A stretch of DNA of 63,899 nucleotides, filler included, from Ministeria vibrans ATCC 50519 (lineage: Eukaryota; Protista; Filasterea): NCBI GenBank assembly GCA_943704425.1. It is 5 parts of 5 records of this genome, joined end to end, with 100 filler letters (N's around TTAATTAATTAA, not from the genome) between each part and the next. Parts side by side here need not be neighbours in the genome. Positions count along the whole stretch, not along the records: positions 1 to 25,092 come from CALSCP010001890.1; 4 more parts are not named here. One strand, given 5' to 3'. Within the stretch, counting starts at the first letter, position 1. The number at the start of each line of letters is the position of its first letter. The position numbers and the translations under genes are program-made. The notes beneath the pieces were generated by a model. The model was not told the origin of the DNA. It saw only the letters and a program-made list of their open reading frames with translations, and did not search any database. Shown piece by piece: positions 13,176 through 25,192 of the stretch.

Positions 13176-16100
13176 GGTGGTGGTGGTGGTGGTGTTGTTA
13201 TGATGTCTGCTGTGAAGCGTGAAGAGGATGCACCAAGTGGACCTGAAATACCCCCTATGCCGGCACCAGTGGTACCTTTTGACATTGTTGAACGCATCTC
13301 CTTTCTGCTGGGTCACTTGCTGCTTTTTGATCAGGCGTCGACGTATGGCGACGAGAGCGATGCGGTTGCTCGCATCAAAGCCATTCAGCCCATTCCTGTG
13401 CTTGAAGATACCCTCTCAGGTCTGCTCATCATGCATGTGAAGCCTCCGTCGCTGCTCTCGGCGCCTCGTGCACTTGACTTGTTGCACGAGGCCATTTTGC
13501 GTGCCTCTGTGCAAGTGCCTGAGGCGTGCTGTGCCGACGAACGTCTCGCCACCTCACGCAACTTTGCACTGGTGCCAGTGCCCTCACTCGAAGTGAAGCA
13601 AGTCATGTTTGCACGGGCAGTCTTGGAACTGTCGCGCATCGATGTCGCTGGTGGTCCTCCAGCGACTACCGTGCTTGCGGCCGCGCGCGAATCCAACATT
13701 GTGCTCACCAACGAACACTTGGTGGTGCACCGTGACCGCTTCTGGCGCGCCTGTCACCTCGTCATTGTTGTCATGGCTCACAACCCGTCGACTGTCGGTG
13801 CGTGGGCGTGGCAGTGCAGTGTTCCCCTGCGCTCCCTCCTTGAGACGGCCATTGAGGGCGCCTGGGATTCGCTGCGCAACTTGTGGGATGCGCCTTCGGA
13901 AGTGTCGTTGCGCGTCGCCGACGAGTCGCTTGGCGTTCGTCTACACTTTCCCGTCGACGAGTCGCTTCTCATCTTCTCCTATGTCAATGCCCTGCGCGCG
14001 CCTCCCCCGGGCATTATTGACACGCTCATTGAGACGGCGGAGCGCATCGAGATGCGTGCTCGGCTGTGCCGTTGCCGTCAGCCCGACTATGTGTCGGACC
14101 TGACGCGCACCATGACGCCCAGCGAGGTGGCCGCCTGGCTTACCCCCCTCTCGCGAGGCCCCCTCAATCCGCTGTTACCATCGCAAGCGCTGTGCGCTGT
14201 TCTTTTTGTCGAGCAGTTTCAACAGTTGCACATTAGCAGCGACAGTGCGAGTACCACGTCAGATGCCGCTGTGGTGGTCGCTCACGGCGACGATGCGCTT
14301 GTGAAACGACTTGGCGTGGAGATTCGTGGCGATGCGGGTCAGTGTTTGGGCGTGCTTGAGTACTTTCTAGAGCGACTGTCGCATCAACAGTGCGCGCACC
14401 GTCGTGCTGCGCGTGCCTGCCTCAATGTCATTTTTTCCGTCGCCGACGAAGACACCACGCAAGCTGACAATGGCGCGCCCATGGACGAGAGTAGCGACGA
14501 TGCGACCCCCGAGACTCTCTGGTTGCGTCAAAGCTGCCAGAAACTGGCTCACTTTGGACTTCTGCGTCCTTTGGTGTGTCAACACGTGGTGAAGGCATTG
14601 CAGTGGGAGTCGAATACACGCGTGTTTGCCGACTACCTTACCTTTGCACTGCCGCTGGTGCGCGACACCAATTTTGTCGAGCTGCAACGTGTGGTGGGCG
14701 CCCGTCTAGCGTCCACCTCGCTGCCGATGCTTGCACTACTCGACCGCCCATGCGATGTACTAGGGTCTTTGCTCACCCTCTACACACCCGAGTCGCTTGC
14801 TTCCTCGCCTCTCGACAGCGCAGTTCACCATGGCATTGCTGTGCTATTAGTATCAGCGATCTCATCGTCGAGATCAGCATCAAGCACCGTTACCGCGCGC
14901 TCTACGGCTCTCCTCGCAGCCTGGGTACCCCGACTGGAGCGCGAGCCGCAAACAGTGTCGTTTCCCCCCAGCGCTCTTCGGTGTGTGCTCTCGCTTGCGG
15001 CGCCGTCGGCCGTGGCGTACAAGACTCTGACGGACGCTGTGTTTGCACGTGTGCGTGACAAGACCCTTTTGGCGCTCGTGTCGCGTCCCCTCGGACTCCC
15101 CAAGACGTCCTGGGCGCTGTTGGCACATCATTTGCATGCGCGCCTCCTAAAGTCGCCCCCTCTTGTGGCCCATTGCAGCAGCAATGCCAAAGTCGTTATG
15201 CGTGCACAGCTGTTTGCGACCCTTCTTCCTGACCACTCGGATGCACAGCCACTACATCGTCTTTTGCAGGAGCGCCAGACTACATCAGCAAAGACGGAAT
15301 CGTCGCACCATCTTAGCGGCATTCTCGTTGATGCTGCCGCAGCGGCGACTATAGCGCGTCCCGGCACCACCGATGTCGAAATGGGAATGCCATTGCTTGA
15401 TTTCTCATTGCCACTCCACTCGTCGCCTGGTCGCATTTCGGGGTGTGGCGCGGATATCGGCGAGCGACTACATACCCTCACGCGTTCGTTTGAAGGTCCT
15501 TTGCTGGCCGAGCATGAACAGCGCACGACAGCATCCATACAACGCATTGAGTCGCTTGCTCGTGACCGTGTCGACTCAATTCGTGTGTGTGCGGATGTGT
15601 GCCACGAGGAAGGTACAGGCGCAGCCGGCGCGCCTGTGATGGCGGCGGTGCTTGCGTGCGTCTCTGCAGTGGTGCGTCAATGTGGCTCTGAGGAGGCGGT
15701 GGCCGTTGTTAGGGCCCTACTTTATTTGATGTCGCAAGTGCCCGAGTGCCGCGGTGTGGTTGCGGACTGGCTGTCGTGTCTTATGGTGGTACCACAGACG
15801 CACGTCACCGACGACGATGCGACGCCACTGGCTTTGTCGCATCCGCTTCTCGCGGTGCAGTTGGTCCATGGCGGGTTGCCTCACGAAAAGGCACGACTGA
15901 TGCAGTGGATTCTGGAGCGACGGGTCGCGCCGACGACCATGGACACAGGACAGTCGCCACCTCATCAACGGCAACTTGCGCCTTGTGTGGTACCACTTGC
16001 GGCGCAGCTTGTACTGAGCTGCATGGGCAGGGGTACAACATTGAGCGAGGAGGAGCTGTGTCGCGTGGTAGATTTGGAAATTGCATCAATGCGCGAGCGT

Positions 16101-17900
16101 GGCGACGACCAGGACGACGATGGAGCGGGTGGTGACGAGGAGGAAAGCGAGGGGGAGCATGGCAGCGGCTACACCGGAGGCGGTTTTGGTGGTCGTGGAC
16201 TTGTGTTTCGCGTGACGCGCTCCCTGTCTTATTTGCAGCGGTGTGTCTTTGACCATTTACGACGACGTGCGACGAGTGACAACGATGGAGGCGAGGCACG
16301 CGACCGCACCAATGCAGCACTGCTGCTATTGCGACTCTACCTGCACTGTCCCAATGTGGCGTCCAATGAGGAACACCGTGAGGCGGTCTTGGTTGTGTTG
16401 TCGCGTGGGGTGCACTGTGCGGGTCGTGCGGACAGTCGCATTCAGCGTGCGTTGAGTATCATGCTGGACACGTCGGCGCGTTTGTTCTCGCAGGAGCACG
16501 ACAAGACACTCGGGGTGGTCTCGAGTGCCCAGTCGCTGTTTGTCGACAACGACGTGGCGCTGGGCGTGCCGGGAGTGCCACCAAGCAAGCGCACGCAAAC
16601 GAACATCCGTCGCCGGCGGGTCATTGGCGGTGCGTCGTGCATGTTGCTGCGGCACATTGCCATGTCACAGGCGCCACTCATGGTGCGTCATGTAGGTCGC
16701 ATGCTGTCATCATTGCCACTCAACGACCGCAGCAGCGCGCAGACGAGCGGCGGTGGCCACGCGAGTGGAGGTGGGGCGTCGAGCAGTGACTTGGCGTTGC
16801 GCTATCGAGGCGAGCTTCTCGTTTCCTGCATGCAGGTTCTTCAGGTGATTGTGCCGTGTGCTCACGCGATTCGAATGGATGCAGCGCTGGAGGATCAGCT
16901 GCTTGCGTGGCTACACGACTTGTTTGTCCAGCTGGCAGCGTCGAGTTTGGTCACGGTTGGAGCGTACTCGGACACGACGGGCGGAATGGGGTTTTTGATG
17001 GCGGAGCGAACGAGCATGTTGGGTGCAACTGTGTTGGGGGTTGTCATGCGAGGGTGGGACGAGGTGCGTCGCGCGCAGGTTCTGACGCCGCCGATGCGCA
17101 CGGCCTTGCGGGTGTGTCGACGGGCGTTTAAGCAGGCACATGATGTGATACGCAGTGTGTCTCGCGGTGGTGGTGGCGGGGGTGGTGGGTTGTTAGATGG
17201 GGATGCGGAGTGGCGTGAGTGGCAGAGGCGGTTGGCGAGTATGGCATGGCTTGCACCCGCCACGGGTGCTGTTGCAGGAGGAGGGGCAGGAGGAGCTATG
17301 GGGTCGATGGTGGCACCCACTGTGATTGGGGGCGGCGTGACGGCGGAGACGTGGACGCGGTGGCGACTGGGTCTAGCGTCGGCGGCGTCGCAGCGGGTGG
17401 ATGGGCGGTTATGGCGTGCGCTGGAGAGCGAACGCTGGCGTGTGCTGGACAGTGCCGCTAGTGTTGCGGCAGGCGAGGTTGCTCCAGACACGCTAGATCA
17501 GGTTCTTGCGAGTCTACAAGGTCCTTCCATGCACAATGCGAGTGCGCTTGTGCCGCTTACCTGGCACCTCATGAGTGTGTGTGCCGCTTCGGTCATTTCG
17601 CCGGAGCAGCGTACCACTGCCTTTCAGCTGCTCAAGCGACGACTTGGCACCCATACGTTTGATGAGGACATGGTTGCGGATGCGTGGGCGGCGCTTCTTG
17701 ATGCGTCTGCCGATGACGGGGTTACCATGACAGCGCTGCAGCAGATTCCGGACGCAGTCGGACTGTTCAACCGCCACACGCGACGTCTCCTGGTGCTTCT
17801 TTTTGACGCCGCTGCACGCATGATACGTCACCATGGCATTGATTTGGCGCCTCCTATGGAGATGCGACGGGCACTCCACTCGTGTGGGACGTGGTGGTGA
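11490..17900 (+). CDS. INTS1: Integrator complex subunit 1 (divergent), one ~6.4 kb exon
   Basis: INTS1-like blocks 'DWPAELVMAYLQDASGDRAWVEDDLVRVFIANIMTAL', 'AHNPSTVGAWAW..PLRSLLETAI', 'LCRCRQPDYV'. About 2130 aa. Start is either ATG 11490 or a splice acceptor at 11517; the upstream part of the track ORF is repeat read-through. Confidence 0.8.
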
Positions 17901-18374
17901 TAAAATATGTGATTGATACTTCTTCGTCTTCGAAATAAATATGTACACGCTTCAAGTTTCAGAGTTTTAAGTACAAGGGAGTGAGTGACAATTTCACTAT
18001 TGACTGTTGTTGACCGCTCAACATTCAAGAAAAGTGTAAAAGGTGCCAAACGCCAAACTCAGTACAATGTTATTAGGAAATATAATAATAATAATAATAA
18101 GAAAATAAAATAATTAATAATAATAACATAAATGAATTATTATTATTATTATTAATAGAGAATCAAAATAATAATAATAATAATAATAGTGAATATAATA
18201 AATCAAAATTTACTCATTTCTGAATTCTGGCCCTTTTTTGAAGCGCCCACCGCATTGCATAGCAATACCACGGCTAACTCCGACCGCTCCGCCCGTGTAC
18301 CGAGTGTAGCTGCGCCGCAGGAGACCCATTGAGTATTTTTGAGTTTGCCGGTTGCTCAAGTGCCAAATCGACGC

Positions 18375-20926
18375 ATGGAGGACACGGCGACGCCCCTGGG
18401 GGCGCGCACACGCAACAAGGAGAATCCTGACACGGTATGCGCCCGTCCACGTGTCGCTCGTCTCTTCTTGGACGAATAGCAATTTGAATGATTTTTTTTT
18501 TTTTGTGTGCTGTAGCCACTGAAGAAGGCGACAGCGCCACTGCGACCGGCCCAGTCGGCTATGGTCACAACAGAGACTCGGCGCGACGAAAGACCGGCGC
18601 GTGTAGAGACGCCTGAAGCGAAACGAGTGAGGCGCAATTTTTAAAAAACGAAAGAGACGAACGAGAAAAAAAAAAGGAGAAAGGAGAGAGAGAATGACTA
18701 ATGTTCACACTTGAGCGTACATTGAAAATGGGGAGGGAAGACACTCTGAACTGAACGTCGTACTGTGTGGCGTAGGCACCGTTCTCGCCAGTGCGCAACA
18801 AGGCGCGGCTCAACCGGCCGGGCTCGGCGGGTGCCAGCAGCAGTGGCAGTGGCGGGGGAGCGGGAGTGGGAGCAGGCGACGCAGCATCGCGGCTGCTGTC
18901 GCCGGCGTTTGCGAGTGCGTCTCCCGTGGCGCACGCCGAGCGGGCGCTGCACGGGCTCAAGCAGCAGATGGCGGTGCAGGCGCGGCGCTACCAGGAGCAG
19001 GTCCGCCAGCTGCAGAACGACCTGGTCAACGCACGGCTGGATGCGGAGCAGTACCAGCGCGAGCACGAGAGCATTCGCGAGGAAGGATTCAAATTCTTCC
19101 ACGCGTACGAGCAGAAGTCAGTCACGATCCGCGAATTGGGGCAGAACTGTCAGCGGCTGCGGCACGAGTGCCATGCCAAAGACTGTGAAATTGACCAGTT
19201 GACGGCAGCGCTGGAGGCGGAAATGGACTCGGTGGCCAAGTGGAAGCAGCGGTGTCGCGAGCAGGCGGAGGCGATGCAGCGCGACGCGGCGACCATCCAC
19301 TCGCTGCGCACGCAGAACAACCAACTTGAAGAGCAGATGCAGCAAGAAGAACGCGTCGTGCAGCAGTCGTCGCAGAGCGGCAATGTAACACCGCGACACA
19401 GTCCGGCGACTCGTCTGCATCAGAAGCGTCGGTCGCTCTCGTCCGACTCACTCACTCTACACGACATACTGAGCAACAGCTCGCCCTCACGACGCGTCGC
19501 AGCCTCGGTCGATCTCATTCACTCGCTGTGCGCGTCACCTGGCGCTGAAGCTGCGGCGTCGCCTGTCTCGCAGGGACTGCGTAGTGGCGGTGCGCGCATT
19601 GACGTGGGACTGCGCCAGCTGCAGTCCAATCTGGACTCGGTGATGGTGACTGCGCGCAAGGCAGCCGTGCGTCGTACGATGAGCGGCGATGCGCGACAAT
19701 CGGTGCAGGGAAGCAGCCCGGCCGAATCGCCGACCAAGCGCCGTCTGCACGACACGATTGCGCATTTGCGTGTCGACGTGGCCAGTCGTCTCGAGGAGCG
19801 CGACCGAGCTGCCGCTGAGATTATCCAGCTCAAGGACGAGCTGGCGCGCAGCAAACACGCGTGCAGTGCTGCCCAGACGAGTCGCGAGCAGCTGCAGGCG
19901 CAGCTGAGTGAGGCGCGTGAGCAGTTGACGCGACGCGACGAGCAAGTGCGGGAAATGTCGGATCGACTACAGACGACACTGGCGGCACTGCGGACGGCGC
20001 AGGAGAGTGCACAGCAGGAGCGGGAGGAAGAGGAGGAGCAAGGAGAGTTGCGGGATTTGCGGGAGCAGCTAAGCGAGGCGCTGGACAGCCTTGATTTTGC
20101 GACGGCGGAGAAGGATGGGGCGGAGGAGGAGCTGCGGGCGACGGCGGAGCGGGCGAGAGAGCTACAGGAGACGGTGGTGGAGCGCAATGGTCGCGTTGAG
20201 GAGCTAGAGCAGGCGATGGCGGCGCATGAGTTAGTGTCGCAGGAATTGCATGGAAGGATTGCAGAGGTGCAGGCGAGTGTGGTGGAGGCTCAAGCGCGCA
20301 CTGCGCAAGTGGAGCGGGAGATGGAGGCGCTGCGGGGCAAGTCGGAGACGGAGACAGCGGCGCTGCGAGATGCGGTGACGATGGGCAAGCGAGAGGTGAC
20401 GCAGCTGCGAGCGCGAGTGAGCAGTCTGGCTGAGATGGAGCAGAGTACGAGTCGGTTGCGCACGGAAATGTCGCAGCTGCGAAGGGAGATTGCGGAGAAG
20501 GAGCGACAGATTGTGGAGAAGACGGAAGAGGTGGAGACGATCAATGGGGCTCTGGAGCGGGCACTGAGCAGTCTGGATGAGATGGAGACGCGAAGGGAAG
20601 AGCGAGAGGACACGGTGGTGCGGCCGTTGCAAGCGGAGCTGCAGGAAATGCGGACGACAGTGCGGCGATTGGAGAAGGAGAGAGAGAGGGAGGGAGAAGG
20701 GACAGAGAAGCGACTGCGCACCGAAAAGGAGCAGCTTCAAATGACGCTGATGGAGTACCAGCGCAAGGCGGAGGAGAAGATGTCAACGTTGCAGCTCAAT
20801 TTGGGACGGGCTGAGAGCGAAGTTGAGAGTCTTGATGCGCTGCTGGAGCACGTCAAGACAGTTCTAGGCGCACAGACACGACTTAGTGCGCCCTTACAGG
20901 AGCTCATGGCTGAGTTTCACAAGTGA
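18375..20926 (+). CDS. Long coiled-coil protein, 3 exons
   Basis: ATG 18375 and two short GT-AG introns join in frame to the 711-aa E/Q/R/L-rich heptad ORF. Confidence 0.7.
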
Positions 20927-21207
20927 CAATGTGTGTGTGAAAGAGATAGGAGGGAGAGGAGAAAGAAACAAAGTGATAGAGAGTGATAGAGAGAGAGAGA
21001 GAGAATGACACAGTGTGTGTGTGTGTGTGTGTGAAGGAATAAAGTCATATGATAGTTACCAGGAACATCACAGGGTAATATAGTTTCATTATATCTTCGT
21101 TCGGTTCACAGACATAGGAAAAATGTTCTCTCTCTCTTAACTCTCTTCCTTTCTCACACGTACTCTCTCTTTCTCTCTCTACCTCTCTCGTTAATTGTTT
21201 GTTTCAA

Positions 21208-24200
21208 TCAGACGTCAGAGGAAGGTGCAAAGTTGTGAGCCTCAAGTCTGCGAGCGAGTTCACTGGACTGGGCCTGACGCTGTGCGACCTCAGATGGGGA
21301 CACACCAACACACAGAGCAACGTCACGGTCCGAATCTTCCATCAACACACACATGGCTGCCTGCACGTCGGCGTTGTCGCGCAGAATGTGCCGTAGTACG
21401 TCTGTGCATAAAACAACAACAGTCAATACGAGATAAGATCGAAATGAATTTTATGTCTGTGTATACCGTGAACAAGGATGGACGTGACAAGAGCCTTTGC
21501 AACTGTGATGCGCACGTTGGGAACGGGGTCGTGGACGAGGGCCAGCAGAGGGAGAAGGAACACTTCGACGAATATTTCCGGAGAGTGGGACATTTGCGGA
21601 AGAAGCGCCTCAATGACGCGGACAAAGCTGATGCGGTGAAGGTAGTAAGGGCTTTCGGAGAAGGACACGCAGATGTTGTTGATGAACTCGTCTCTGTAAC
21701 AGAAATGTACGTATGCGTGTGTGCGTGTGTGCGTTAAAGAGTGAAATGACGCACACAAAAATCGAGAAAGACTACCTGAGAGGGGCTGAGGCGGACACCG
21801 TCTCGTAGACTGCGGCAATCGTGAGATGAGCAGCGGAGCGCACTGCATCGACTTCATCGCAGCTCATGTCAATCGCAATAGGCCCAATGTACTTGTGCAC
21901 GAGGTCGGGAGGGAACAGTGAGCACATGCGCTGCAGTTGCGTACAGAACAACGAACGGAACCGCCAGTTGCGAACGTTCTCAGTGCGGCGCAGCTACAGG
22001 GTCATGAAAGTCAGAGTGTGTAACTCTAATAACAACAATGCCAACAACAATACCAACAACAACAATAACAATACCAACAACAACAACAACAATAATAATA
22101 ATAATAGCATTAATACCTCATTGAGTGGCTTAAGATATCGTTCTCGTGCGGAAACTGGAAGAATGGCTATGAAGTCGGCCAGATGGCGCACAGCACCAAC
22201 ACGCACCTAGACGAGAAGAGAACGATAGAGAGAGAGAGAAAACAAAGTGATAGAGAGAGAAAACAAAGTGATAGAGAGAGAGACACAAAGTGATAGAGAG
22301 AGAGAGAAAACAAAGTGATAGAGAGAGATAAGTATCACTGTGTTCCTTTTTTTGTCTCAGTCTCTCTTCGTTCTCTCTTCCTTGATGTGTTTGTGTGTTT
22401 GTGTGTTTGTGTGTACGTCGTCGAGGTCGTAGAGGAAACGATCAAAGACCTCTTGAAGATCCTTTTGGGTGAGCTCTGGCCCAATGACACGAGCGATTTC
22501 ATGGACCGAGTGAGCGAGAGTGCGACGGACTCTCCACTCGAGATCGAGAGAAAGGGAGAAAAAGGTCTCGCGCAGAAGATGCCAGTGGTCCTTGCCGAGG
22601 GTAAGCACGACGGCTGGGAAGTTGAAAGCGCACTGGAAGGTCGGGTCGGCGTCGTTAGAGCGGGCCGTATCGGGCGTACCCATACGAATGAACTCGTCCA
22701 ATAGGATTTGAGGAATCGTCAACTGTGATAGGAGAGGGGTAAATGGCAACAATATGAGTGTGTGTGTTTCTTACGTGAGTGACAAGATTTGGATCGCCAA
22801 AAAGGGTCTCGGTGAGATCGGAATTGTTCTTGGTATTGACGTCGTTGGAGGAGGCGAGGGGCGAGCGGGGGGCATGGAGAAAAAGAGTGCCCCTGGTGGG
22901 ATCGTCCTTGCGGTCGACGGCAAGAAAGTTGTCGCCCAGATCAAGTGAGTCGAACGAGTCGTTAACGAGCGAGATGTTCGAGTGAATAGGGCTCGAGACG
23001 GACGGTTCGTCAATGGCTGTTGATAAAACGCAGAAGTTTTTTTTTTTTTTGTGAATTACAACTATGAAAATGTTCCATCTTACGTTTTCCACTGCGAAAG
23101 TCGTCAAGGTTCACGTCCACCATTGGGATGGGGTTGGTCCAGTAGTTACACGAGGCGAAGTGAAGGTCGTCGGTGGTGACGGGATCGCTGATAACTTCGG
23201 TGGATGCAGACGGGGCGGTGGTGAAGGAGGTTTCGGAGCCGGCGACAAGAGCGGATGGGGTCTCTTTGATGGTGATGGAAGTAGTAGTGGTGGCGGTGTC
23301 GGCAAAGACAGGGTAGGTGATGTCGTTGGGGGTTGTAGGAGCGGAGTCGGACGACGACGATGAGCGCGAGGGAATGCGCAAACCTCGGTAGCTGGGCTCA
23401 GCCTCGCTGCTGGGCTGGTCCTCGACTAAGGACGATGGAGACGACGACAAGACTGTGTCGTCTGTGTTACTCGCAGTACCATCATCATTGTCCAACGACG
23501 CCTCCGCCACCACCGCCAGCGAGTCTGAAGTTTCCGTTTCAGACTGCTCACTTGATTCTTCGATAGTCTCCGCCTGTACAACACGACTCTCCTTCTCCTC
23601 CTGCGCTTCCCTCTGCTTCTCTTCCTTCTTCTTCTCCTCCTGCTCCTCCTTTTCCCTCGTCTCCTCCGTCTTATTCGGCCCAAATGCTGCAATGAGAGGA
23701 CCCAAACACTGGTACGCCGCGCTGCGCACCCATCGCGAATGATCCCCGCAAAACGCCTGAAACAACTCCACGCAGGCAGTCCATCGCACGTCGCTGTCCA
23801 CTGACGCAGCCACGTCGGCCAGCGACTCGGCACACGCCCGTCGTACCCCCCAAATCTCGTCGGAGGCAAGGCGGCGGAAGCAGGGCAGAAGGCGTTCTAC
23901 GCTCGTTTCACTAAATACAACGACGGTTGGATTTCAGTCTTATTCATATTTCTGTCACTCTGCGCTCTTGCGCTGTGGTACTCCCTATCGTTTGACATAC
24001 CTTCCCACGGCAAGACAGATCTTGCCAATGCTAAGGGCACATGCCTTGCGGACGCGGAACATCGAGTCGGCAGCAAGAGTGCACGCTTGAGCGACAAAGT
24101 GCTGCCGAACAATCTCGGGTGAGAGAATAGGCGCAAGACGCGCCATGATCGAGAGAGCCTCGGTGCGACGGTCGTCCTCGTTTTCGTCTGTAGACAGTTT

Positions 24201-24807
24201 GAGGACTACGGGGCATAAGAATGCTTCGAGTTGTGCGTCGGAGAAGCCACCGAGCGCAAGCGTTTCGTACAGTGAATCTTGTGCGGGAGTGCGAACCTAA
24301 GAAACAACGGAAGAGGTGCCACGAGTAAACACACTAGTTTGGAAACGCAACGACAGACACACTGGCAGACAACGACTTTAGTAGTGACGTACGGCATCTT
24401 CGCTGTCAAGGAGCGCGCCACAGATGTGAGGCATGACATGATTGACGACAAGAGAGCGGTCGGGGTCACCACCGTTTTGGACAAAGTAGCGCGCGAGAGC
24501 GGCGAGTTGCTCGGCAAGCGCCTGTCGCACGAGCACCTCGTTGTCGTAGCGCAAGACGTTGATGATGGGCTCGACTTTGGTCAGAACCTGAAATGTGCAA
24601 CAGCTTTTAGCTCTGAGAGGGAAATGCCGATTTGGACTGAATGCTGAGTAAATACCTCGTCGACCGAGAGCTCGTTGACCGTCTCGGCAACATCCTTGGC
24701 GACAAAGAGCCTGTGCAAGACGAGGTCGCTCTGGGCATAGCGGAACATGCGCTCGATGAGAGTGAGCGATTCGTCAATGGTAATTTCCTCCATGGGCGCC
24801 TCGACAA
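21208..24807 (-). CDS. PPP4R1: Protein phosphatase 4 regulatory subunit 1-like HEAT-repeat protein (5' end uncertain near gap)
   Basis: 'DESLTLIERMFRYAQSDLVLHR', 'IWGVRRACAESL', 'SRWVRSAAYQCLGPLIAAF', 'NYWTNPIP', 'CAFNFPAVVLTLG..W..LRETF..L..D.EWRVRRTLAHSVHEIA', 'DPVPNVRI'; about 10 GT-AG introns. Confidence 0.85.
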
Positions 24808-25092
24808 CTGCACAGAGAGACGATCCGGTGTCAGGGGCGCCGGAGACAACAGAGCGTCTCGTGCAAGCAGCAGAAATCCGTGCACGTAGAGCGTCTCTTG
24901 TGTGGTATTAAATAGGTTTTTTTTTTTCGAACTCAAAGGAGAATAAATTTAAAAGATGACGATGGCAAATGGACAGACAACGGAAGAATAAGGGAAGGAA
25001 TAGGATGGGATGCATGGGGATGCATACGACGTGGGGGTGCTTTTCGTGTAAGTAGAGAAAGTTCAAATCTTTCTAGAGATAAGAAGGCGATT

Positions 25093-25192
25093 NNNNNNNN
25101 NNNNNNNNNNNNNNNNNNNNNNNNNNNNNNNNNNNNTTAATTAATTAANNNNNNNNNNNNNNNNNNNNNNNNNNNNNNNNNNNNNNNNNNNN
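25093..25192. other. Artificial contig spacer (N-TTAATTAATTAA-N)
   Basis: Identical 100-nt six-frame-stop linker recurs four times; genes are cut at it. Confidence 0.95.

Noticed and set aside
25093-25192. TTAATTAATTAA palindrome flanked by Ns, four copies
   Set aside because: Artificial six-frame-stop scaffold linker; synteny across it is not biological.
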